Positions 54,975 to 62,080 of a stretch of DNA of 64,000 bases are shown piece by piece; position 1 is the stretch's first letter, and every line of letters starts with the position of its first letter. Position numbers and translations under genes: made by a program. Source of the stretch: a virus. Taxonomy: Duplodnaviria; Heunggongvirae; Uroviricota; Caudoviricetes. The stretch lies in IMG/VR virus record IMGVR_UViG_3300028886_000029, positions 46,007 to 110,006 of that record. The stretch is one strand, 5' to 3'. The notes beneath the pieces were generated by a model that was not told the DNA's origin, made no database searches, and saw only the letters and a program-made list of their open reading frames with translations.

Positions 54975-56360
54975 TTAATTTTTGGTGGATTTTATCCTTT
55001 CAATAAGTTCATCTCGTTTCTGACGAATCTGTTCAGCATTATATGTCAGTTCTGCATGAAGAACCTTCTTGTGGTTGGTTTTGGAAATCATTACGCCGTT
55101 TGAAATTTCAGTTTTACCCCCATTTTCCCACGCAACAATGTGATGTGCATCCATATCTTCAAATTTATATTTACAACCATCAATGGGGTCAATTCCGCCC
55201 TGCATCTTATACATCTTCATCTTTTCGGGTACTTTGAAAGAACGGAGAACAAGCATACTGCGCTTCTCTATAGGGCAGCCCATCAATGCATACTCAAAAA
55301 CAGCTGAGTTAGCAGTAACTTCCTCATCCATAATATATTTGTCAACATCAGCATTGAGTTTCACGATGTCATATTCATTTTCACCATATGTTGCATAAAG
55401 ACGACCCCATTCAACGTTCTTTGCACATTTTTGGTCAAGATACTCAGAACAAAACATCTTTCTTGCCCAATCTATAACCGCCTTATAACGATTAACGAGG
55501 TCAGTTCCATTATCTTCAACATTTACAGATATTTCAGGGTTCGCATACATAGCCATATAAGACTCAATTCGTTCATCTTTTGTAAGGTCAGCATTAACAC
55601 CGAATACTTGCATAGATGCCCAATCGAGTGCCATTTCAAGAACATCCTGTCTTGTAGGGTCAAGAGGGAGGGAAAAATCACCATAAAAATATTCGCCACC
55701 CTTATAGAGAAAATCTGCATTATATTCAGTTGCAGTTGCAGATGCCTTGACTTTTGAGAAATACATCTTGATATGTTCACACCACATTCCATTGAAAGCA
55801 GCATTACGCAGTTCTTGTGGGGTAAGAACAGTTGTGGGTTGATTGATAGTCTTGAACCACTCTAGGAGTGCTTTTTCTGTACCTCTACAAATCTTGATAG
55901 ACGGTCGATACAGTTTAAACCTTCTCTGCATTTTATCAGAAAGTTCTTCAAACATCACATCTTTATCTTTTGTTCCATCAAACATTTTAATGGTATCTTG
56001 ACCGTTAATGAATGATAGAAGGGTCATAAGCCTCTGTTGGCCATCAATATTGATATACTTTTTACCCTCTTCAGTTTCACCAAAATAGATTGTACCTATT
56101 GGTTGACCGTTAACAACACTCCTCGCAAGAGCTGCCTTCCACACCTCATTATTTTCAACAACATAAGCTCTTTGAAATTTCGGACGAATATTGAGTTTGC
56201 CATTCCACGCAAAAACGCCTCCTTCAATGTTTTCGGAATTGTCAATGTACCCTTCTGCAAGTTCCTCAAGGGTAATGTCATTCCTATCTTCAATAGCAAC
56301 GGAATCAGTGTTAAAATCTTCATAAACATAAAAACCAATGTTTTTTCTTCTCTTTGTCAT
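54975..56360 (-). CDS. DUF262 (ParB-like NTPase, DGQQR) + C-terminal HNH/DUF1524 nuclease: GmrSD-family type IV (modification-dependent) restriction-like endonuclease
   Basis: INIDGQQRLMTL (DGQQR signature) near aa 110. C-terminal DAHHIVAWENGGKTEISNGVMISKTNHKK (His-Me finger HH...N...N.K). Confidence 0.7.
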   Translation of the reverse strand: MTKRRKNIGFYVYEDFNTDSVAIEDRNDITLEELAEGYIDNSENIEGGVFAWNGKLNIRPKFQRAYVVENNEVWKAALARSVVNGQPIGTIYFGETEEGKKYINIDGQQRLMTLLSFINGQDTIKMFDGTKDKDVMFEELSDKMQRRFKLYRPSIKICRGTEKALLEWFKTINQPTTVLTPQELRNAAFNGMWCEHIKMYFSKVKASATATEYNADFLYKGGEYFYGDFSLPLDPTRQDVLEMALDWASMQVFGVNADLTKDERIESYMAMYANPEISVNVEDNGTDLVNRYKAVIDWARKMFCSEYLDQKCAKNVEWGRLYATYGENEYDIVKLNADVDKYIMDEEVTANSAVFEYALMGCPIEKRSMLVLRSFKVPEKMKMYKMQGGIDPIDGCKYKFEDMDAHHIVAWENGGKTEISNGVMISKTNHKKVLHAELTYNAEQIRQKRDELIERIKSTKN

Positions 56361-56418
56361 AATAATAAATTTTAATTGTTAATATTGATAAAGTATATTG
56401 CAATTATCGTACCAAATT

Positions 56419-57681
56419 TTATGATTCCATCAGAGGTTTTACTTTTTCCTCTGTAGGGAGTTCTTTGACCTTACGAATGAGAAGCCTTGCAGTCATTCTT
56501 TTGCCATTTAGATATGGCCTATCATATTTTTCGTTACCTTCTATATATAGAGACTTCATATCTTCAGACTTTTCGGTAATTCCAATGACTTCAAATTGAT
56601 TGGGATTGTGTTTGCCAAAATAAGTAATAGGAACACCTATCACCCCATCATAGTCCTTCGGAATATCCTCAACCCTGCCAACCTCAATAGCATCATAGTT
56701 ATCGTATTTAGGATAGTCAGTAGGGTTGTACTTCTTTGTCAGGCCGATGAACGCCCTTCTTTTGCTATGCTCAAGGTTGGTAAACCAACAAGCTTGTGTA
56801 ACCCTCGCCATAACTTCTCCGCCAATCTCTACCCAACCAGTTCCTTCTTTCTTCGTCTTGACGATTTCTTCCTTGTACTCGTCAGTAATGTGGAAATACA
56901 TTTCTCCACCGAGAGGTTTGTAGCCGAGCCACATCTTATTGTCTTTAAGGTAAGGGAAAATCTCCTTATAGGTGATTGCGGAGTGGTTGCCGACAATGAT
57001 GAATTTCTTACCCATCGTCATAATCTGTTCCACAAACTGACGGAACAGACTGAACGGAGGATTCGTTACTACGATGTCGCAGTTCCTCATAATCTCCTTG
57101 CACTCGTCGCTATCAAACGAGCCGTTGCCCTTGAGGAAATAGGTATCAATGTCGCTTTCATCAACATATTCACTATCCTCTTTCTCTCCGTTGTATTCCC
57201 ACTTGATTCCGCACTTCTCAAAATCGTACTCCTTTACCACACCGACACCATTGGGATTCCATTGGGTACAGATAAGTTTCTTAACCCCAAGTTTATGAAA
57301 CTTGCAGATAAAATACCTGCCGAAATTGCTCTGTCCCTCATTGAACAACTTGTCGCAAGGGCAATAGATTACTTTACCCTTAAAGTGTTCTTCATAATGT
57401 TTGAGTTCATCCACGATGTCGGCAAGACGAGTGTAAAATTCGTCATTCTTTGCTTTCTTTGCCTTTGTAAGATTGGAGTTCCTTGTGCTCTTCTCCTCTA
57501 CTTCTTCTTCGGAAAAGATTTTCGCCCCTTCTTCTTTCTTCTTCGGAACAAATGTATCCTTCTTATAGTAGATGGTAGAATAACCCTTCACGGGGCGGAG
57601 TGCCCAATTACCCGTAAGAGTGTTGAAGAAGAGTTCAAATCCCTGCGGAACTTTGATGTTTGGGTTATTAAATGTTTTCAT
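56419..57681 (-). CDS. N6-adenine DNA methyltransferase (NPPF motif IV)
   Basis: CDIVVTNPPF catalytic motif IV. Upstream Gly-rich/acidic region consistent with AdoMet binding. 420 aa. Confidence 0.65.
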   Translation of the reverse strand: MKTFNNPNIKVPQGFELFFNTLTGNWALRPVKGYSTIYYKKDTFVPKKKEEGAKIFSEEEVEEKSTRNSNLTKAKKAKNDEFYTRLADIVDELKHYEEHFKGKVIYCPCDKLFNEGQSNFGRYFICKFHKLGVKKLICTQWNPNGVGVVKEYDFEKCGIKWEYNGEKEDSEYVDESDIDTYFLKGNGSFDSDECKEIMRNCDIVVTNPPFSLFRQFVEQIMTMGKKFIIVGNHSAITYKEIFPYLKDNKMWLGYKPLGGEMYFHITDEYKEEIVKTKKEGTGWVEIGGEVMARVTQACWFTNLEHSKRRAFIGLTKKYNPTDYPKYDNYDAIEVGRVEDIPKDYDGVIGVPITYFGKHNPNQFEVIGITEKSEDMKSLYIEGNEKYDRPYLNGKRMTARLLIRKVKELPTEEKVKPLMES

Positions 57682-57893
57682 TTTTGTTTAACATTTTTAG
57701 TATAATAATTTCAATAAAAAAAAAACGGAAAACAGTCAGTACCATAATGTGAAGGAGGGATACTATAACTGCAATCCGTTAGATTTCCATAATTCTTATT
57801 TTTATAGTCCTTCACCTCTATAAAAATACTATGTTTATATATAAATAGTATCTTTTTTACAAATATACAAAATAATTATTAATATTCCAAATT

Positions 57894-58181
57894 TTAACAG
57901 TCGATTAGTTCATCTTCATCACTTAGTTCATCTTCATCACTAATAAATAGTTGTACAAGCATATCTTCAATCATAAAATCATTAGGGTCAAACACCTCAT
58001 CAACAAAAGCCTCGTCCTCTTTACTGAAGTACTCTTTAGAAATAGTGATTGGGTAGTTTTCCAACATGTTCTTAACATCGTTTACAGTTGTTTTACTATC
58101 AAAATCATCTTTGATGAGATTGAAAGATAGGGTATTAAAATCAATACCAAAACCAAGTTCCAAAATGTCTTTAATTGTCAT
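57894..58181 (-). CDS. Small hypothetical protein
   Basis: 95-aa acidic ORF preceded by a sigma-54-like motif. Confidence 0.4.
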   Translation of the reverse strand: MTIKDILELGFGIDFNTLSFNLIKDDFDSKTTVNDVKNMLENYPITISKEYFSKEDEAFVDEVFDPNDFMIEDMLVQLFISDEDELSDEDELIDC

Positions 58182-58215
58182 AATTTATATTTTTTTTGTA
58201 AACACTTTCCATACT

Positions 58216-58232
58216 TACAAAATCCGTGCTAA
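58216..58232 (-). promoter_or_regulatory. Sigma-54-like motif (TTTAGCACG-GATT-TTGTA, imperfect -24) upstream of 57894..58181
   Basis: Minus strand GATTAGTTTAGCACGGATTTTGTAAGTAT, about 35 nt upstream of the ATG. Confidence 0.3.
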
Positions 58233-58233
58233 A

Positions 58234-58470
58234 CTAATCAATTTTCTTCAATTTTGCAATAACATCTTCAATTCGAATAGCAATTTTATCTTCATCACGA
58301 CTAAAAAGTTTGCGAAATTCTATCTCACCATCGTTACAAAGGTCTGCTGTTATCTCCTCGTCATAAATTGAACTTACAAGTTTTCCAAGTTCACCCAATG
58401 CGCCTGATAATTTGTTTTCATATTCAAGAACCTTATTATACACAGATATTAATCGCTTTTCCGTAACCAT
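58234..58470 (-). CDS. Small hypothetical protein
   Basis: 78-aa ORF. Confidence 0.4.
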   Translation of the reverse strand: MVTEKRLISVYNKVLEYENKLSGALGELGKLVSSIYDEEITADLCNDGEIEFRKLFSRDEDKIAIRIEDVIAKLKKID

Positions 58471-58507
58471 GTTTCCACATTATTTTTAAATAACACTTTT
58501 CTATACA

Positions 58508-58525
58508 TACAAAGTTCATGCCAAA
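58508..58525 (-). promoter_or_regulatory. Sigma-54-like motif TTGGCATG-AACT-TTGTA upstream of 58234..58470
   Basis: Minus strand GATTAGTTTGGCATGAACTTTGTATGTAT. The surrounding ~50 nt is about 80% identical to the 58200-58250 intergenic sequence. Confidence 0.4.
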
Positions 58526-58544
58526 CTAATCATTTTTGTGACAA

Positions 58545-58781
58545 TTACTCATATTTTTTTCTCATTTTCTCTACCCATTCAAGTGCTTCTTCCTTTGTCT
58601 CAAAGATTTCGTCATCAAGAACATCTTTTAACCATTCCTCTGTATTACAAAAAGGACATGGGTCATCACCACCAATGGTGTAGAAACCATTTTCATAAGA
58701 ATCCATGTCATACAGATAACCATCTATGCAATGGGCATCAGGATATGATGCGCCAAAATGCGGAAATTCAATATCACACAT
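58545..58781 (-). CDS. Small Cys-containing hypothetical protein
   Basis: 78-aa ORF. Confidence 0.35.
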   Translation of the reverse strand: MCDIEFPHFGASYPDAHCIDGYLYDMDSYENGFYTIGGDDPCPFCNTEEWLKDVLDDEIFETKEEALEWVEKMRKKYE

Positions 58782-58784
58782 ATT

Positions 58785-59192
58785 TTAAATCAAATTTTCT
58801 AAACAATATCTAATCGCTGCTTCACAAGCTTCCTCATAAGAAGCACCGTACATGCAAGCATTCAAACCAGGGCCTTCTTCTATTTCATGATTGTCATTTA
58901 TCTTAATAACAGATGCGACATATGTAAATCCAAGTCCACAAATATTTGCATAATTTGTCGTAATGACAATATGATGCATTTCCCTCAACCACTTCATTGC
59001 CATCTGGAGAGTTGGAATTATAGTGTCTTCTGTAGGAGTTATCCATTCCTCGTTTACTTCATATGTGTTTCCACCAAATACTTTTATTGAGGCATAACCC
59101 ATTATGTCAAACCCCTTTTCTTTAAGGAGTTTGGCTGTTTCGAAAGAAACGTAATCTTCTTCAATCATAGTCAAATCAAATTTTCTAAACAA
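58785..59192 (-). CDS. Hypothetical protein, paralog of 59171..59647
   Basis: Shared N-terminus MIEEDYVSFETAKLLKEKGF and C-terminus YEEACEAAIRYCLENLI with the adjacent gene. Confidence 0.45.
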   Translation of the reverse strand: MFRKFDLTMIEEDYVSFETAKLLKEKGFDIMGYASIKVFGGNTYEVNEEWITPTEDTIIPTLQMAMKWLREMHHIVITTNYANICGLGFTYVASVIKINDNHEIEEGPGLNACMYGASYEEACEAAIRYCLENLI

Positions 59193-59647
59193 TATCTAAT
59201 TGCCGCTTCACAGGCTTCCTCATAAGTTTGATAAAAAACCTCATCAACAGCATCTTGTAGCATCATTTCAAAATCATTGTCAGTTCTTTGAATTACAACA
59301 TAGTAACCTGTATGTCCTCCACAAGCCCAAGAATCAAGCATTACTTGAATATAGTAATGATGTATTTCCCTCAGCCATTTCATCGCCCTTTGAAGAGTAG
59401 GAGCAGCCCATGCCTTCGTGTCATCATCATTATTGTTACTACCGAAATCATAAAGATACCCACCTTCAACGTATTCAATTTCATTCTTATGACCTTTTGA
59501 TATTAGGTCATATTCTTCATCAACACTTAAAGGTACACCTTTATAATATACCGCGGTACCATAACTCTTATAACACCACCAACGTTTAAATCCTTTCTCT
59601 TTCAAGAGTTTGGCTATCTCAAAACTTACATAATCTTCTTCCATCAT
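59171..59647 (-). CDS. Hypothetical protein, paralog of 58785..59192
   Basis: MMEEDYVSFEIAKLLKEKGF ... YEEACEAAIRYCLENLI. Confidence 0.45.
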   Translation of the reverse strand: MMEEDYVSFEIAKLLKEKGFKRWWCYKSYGTAVYYKGVPLSVDEEYDLISKGHKNEIEYVEGGYLYDFGSNNNDDDTKAWAAPTLQRAMKWLREIHHYYIQVMLDSWACGGHTGYYVVIQRTDNDFEMMLQDAVDEVFYQTYEEACEAAIRYCLENLI

Positions 59648-59889
59648 TTTTGTTTTTTTATTCTATGATATTCTCCGTTTTTGGAAAAGCACATTATTCT
59701 ATCAAGATACATCTTGTGTTTCCTATTTTTACCACATACTATAATCATTTCATTGTGATGCTCAATAATTCTCCCTTTAAACCAAATAAATGGGGAACTG
59801 TCAACGACCTGACACCACTTTGTTGGCATTGCGAATTTAATTCTCAATCCAACTTTAACATCCTTATCTTTTAAATTTTTATTATTCAT
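59644..59889 (-). CDS. Small hypothetical protein preceded by a duplicated-start uORF
   Basis: 81-aa ORF; the first 10 codons are duplicated just upstream by a 32-bp tandem repeat. Confidence 0.4.
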   Translation of the reverse strand: MNNKNLKDKDVKVGLRIKFAMPTKWCQVVDSSPFIWFKGRIIEHHNEMIIVCGKNRKHKMYLDRIMCFSKNGEYHRIKKQK

Positions 59890-59922
59890 AAATCCTTATC
59901 TTTTAAATTTTTATTATTCATA
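59860..59922. repeat. Perfect tandem duplication of a 31-bp unit (ATCCTTATCTTTTAAATTTTTATTATTCATA) spanning the gene start
   Basis: Copies at 59860-59890 and 59892-59922. Creates the 11-codon uORF MNNKNLKDKDL (59886..59921, minus) whose TGA overlaps the main ATG. Confidence 0.6.
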
Positions 59923-60171
59923 ATAAGAATATCTGTCAAGAACAACATAAGGTTTATCAGTGTACATATTCTTTACTTCTTCAAACCTAGAAGTCTCATA
60001 AGCAAGTTCATCAACACTTACAGTACCATAATCAAGGTCATTATCTGTTAGAATGTCATGAATATGGGCAATCAAATCTTCCACACTCTCCGCACCAATA
60101 AGAACATAGTGCATCGCATAACCGGTGAAACAAATGTCCACACTAAATACCGGATAAAACTTTTTCTCCAT
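59914..60171 (-). CDS. Small hypothetical protein
   Basis: 85-aa ORF preceded by a sigma-54-like motif. Confidence 0.4.
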   Translation of the reverse strand: MEKKFYPVFSVDICFTGYAMHYVLIGAESVEDLIAHIHDILTDNDLDYGTVSVDELAYETSRFEEVKNMYTDKPYVVLDRYSYYE

Positions 60172-60209
60172 AATTTTCTTAGTTTTTAATTTATTGGTAG
60201 TTCACTATC

Positions 60210-60226
60210 TACAAAAAACGTGCCAA
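60210..60226 (-). promoter_or_regulatory. Sigma-54-like motif TTGGCACG-TTTT-TTGTA (perfect -24) upstream of 59914..60171
   Basis: Minus strand CATTTTGGCACGTTTTTTGTAGATAGTGAAC, 39 nt upstream of the ATG. Confidence 0.45.
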
Positions 60227-60247
60227 AATGAACAGTTGCCCCTAATT

Positions 60248-60676
60248 TTATTTTTCCCAAATTACTTCCACTGTTATTTCCCCATCACAGTCATCCCACT
60301 TGCATTGCTTGCAAATGTCAGGAAAATCGTTTGCTGTCTCAGGATACCACTCAGAAAGGATATTCCCAATCTCATACGGGTATATTTCCGCAACATGCAT
60401 CATCAAACAATTCATACTACCCATAAACCAAGCATGTTCCACATCAGGCTCATCATCAAAAGTAAAAAACATGACATTAGACCTAACATATGTGACAGTT
60501 AATTTTCTCCATGCCATTTTTTCACCGTCATAATGCCAAAACTTTCTTCCTACCTTGATGTATTGCTTGACAGCCTCATCCTGCTTACAAAATAATTCGT
60601 ATAGGCGAGTATCAAATGTAATATTGCTGTAATTGCGGTTTAGCAAGTCGAGTATTTGTTGTTCTATATCATCCAT
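60248..60676 (-). CDS. Hypothetical protein
   Basis: 142-aa ORF. Confidence 0.45.
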   Translation of the reverse strand: MDDIEQQILDLLNRNYSNITFDTRLYELFCKQDEAVKQYIKVGRKFWHYDGEKMAWRKLTVTYVRSNVMFFTFDDEPDVEHAWFMGSMNCLMMHVAEIYPYEIGNILSEWYPETANDFPDICKQCKWDDCDGEITVEVIWEK

Positions 60677-60685
60677 ACAGTTATG

Positions 60686-60874
60686 TTATTCACAAATTAT
60701 TCTGTCCACGGTAATCGTTGTATAATTGTTGAATTCTATCACGATTTCATCCGTACCCATTTCACAACCAGCACCTTCGTGAAATATCGCTTTTACTGCT
60801 TTGGCATCCAATTCGGTTTTCCAAATCATACCATCAAGTTCCTTAACACCATAAAATTTTTTCTCTTTTGCCAT
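60686..60874 (-). CDS. Small hypothetical protein
   Basis: 62-aa ORF. Confidence 0.3.
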   Translation of the reverse strand: MAKEKKFYGVKELDGMIWKTELDAKAVKAIFHEGAGCEMGTDEIVIEFNNYTTITVDRIICE

Positions 60875-60876
60875 AG

Positions 60877-61503
60877 TTATATTTTTTTTATTTGTGACTT
60901 TATATATAAACGTTGAAGAAATTTTACAAAATTTTTCTTTGTTTCACTACCTTCGTTACTGTTTTCAACAAGGAAAATAAGATTTCTAATCCTGTTTAGG
61001 TCATCCTCACTCCACTCATCATTTTCTTTCGGATATTCTAATCTAGTCCAAGCCACATTAAGCCAATTCCAAATTTCTTCTAACTCTTCTTTTGAATAAC
61101 CAAAAGTATTTTCAGAGTGCCATACTTCATCAATTATGCATTTAGTGCTCAGCAATAAATCTTTATCCTCCTCACCCCATTCTGTAGGTTTCTGCTCCAT
61201 GACATTGATGTGTTTTTTTAGCCAATTATCTATCTGATATTGTGTGATGCCGAAATGAGCAACGCCCTCCCTAATTGCATCGTCAGAGATAGTCGGTTTC
61301 TGCTCTTTCTGCTTTTTGAGCCAATCAAACATGGGTTGTGCCTTTTCATCATCGTAACAACACTTAATAGCATATGCAATGTCTCTTTTTATAATATCTT
61401 CCTTATACGTTTTAAGTTCAGGAATAAGAAACTCCAATGCTAATCTTTCTTTATCTGTTTGATAAATGTTACAAATTGTTTGTATCGCTTCTTCTCTTGT
61501 CAT
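60877..61503 (-). CDS. Hypothetical protein
   Basis: 208-aa ORF. Confidence 0.45.
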   Translation of the reverse strand: MTREEAIQTICNIYQTDKERLALEFLIPELKTYKEDIIKRDIAYAIKCCYDDEKAQPMFDWLKKQKEQKPTISDDAIREGVAHFGITQYQIDNWLKKHINVMEQKPTEWGEEDKDLLLSTKCIIDEVWHSENTFGYSKEELEEIWNWLNVAWTRLEYPKENDEWSEDDLNRIRNLIFLVENSNEGSETKKNFVKFLQRLYIKSQIKKI

Positions 61504-61522
61504 AATTATCTTGATTTAAAAA

Positions 61523-61801
61523 TTAAAATCCCCATTCAACAGACCAATATTCATATGGGTCCCAAATTTTATCAATGTCAAAACCATCTTCCTTTAGCCT
61601 TGATATTGTTTTAGGTGTTGCAACCCAATCAAAATTATCAGCATTATTTTTACCAGGAAGAAAAACATATTTATCTCCCGCAACCATTGCTTCCTTTATC
61701 CGTTTCTGTGCCTCTTCATAATTTCGCTCATTATCACCATTTGTGTAATAAGCATTCATCATTTCTTCTTTTGTCATAATCAATATCCCTCCCCAAAACA
61801 A
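61523..61801 (-). CDS. Hypothetical protein
   Basis: 92-aa ORF. Confidence 0.4.
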   Translation of the reverse strand: MFWGGILIMTKEEMMNAYYTNGDNERNYEEAQKRIKEAMVAGDKYVFLPGKNNADNFDWVATPKTISRLKEDGFDIDKIWDPYEYWSVEWGF

Positions 61802-61917
61802 ACCTCAGTTATCTTCTCTTCCCCAACAGTAAGCACAAGATAATACTTACCATCACGATAATCCCAAGACAATTTCAAATTTTCTTTGAGATATTTTTTA
61901 ATTTTATCTTCCATTTT
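61780..61917 (-). CDS. Small hypothetical protein (start moved to MEDKIKKYL; the longer track ORF 61780..62022 would read through its own promoter motif)
   Basis: The sigma-54-like motif at 61947-61963 lies inside the longer ORF; the shorter start leaves it 30 nt upstream. Confidence 0.35.
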   Translation of the reverse strand, partial: KMEDKIKKYLKENLKLSWDYRDGKYYLVLTVGEEKITEVCFGEGY

Positions 61918-61946
61918 GTTTAAAAGTTTTTTTGCTTGTTTAACCT

Positions 61947-61963
61947 TACAATTTTCGTGCCAA
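61947..61963 (-). promoter_or_regulatory. Sigma-54-like motif TTGGCACG-AAAA-TTGTA
   Basis: Minus strand TTTTTGGCACGAAAATTGTAAGG. Confidence 0.4.
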
Positions 61964-62024
61964 AAATCACTTAAGTACAAAAATCTTTTTACAAAAATAC
62001 AATAAAAAACAAAAATAAACAAAA

Positions 62025-62060
62025 AAAATCCTCAGGAGTTACCCCAAGGATTTTTTTATT
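62025..62060 (-). terminator. Rho-independent terminator downstream of the tail-fibre-like gene
   Basis: AATCCTCAGGAGTTACCCCAAGGATT hairpin flanked by A-run/T-run on both strands. Confidence 0.55.
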
Positions 62061-62080
62061 TTAAGTTTTAGGGATTTCTA

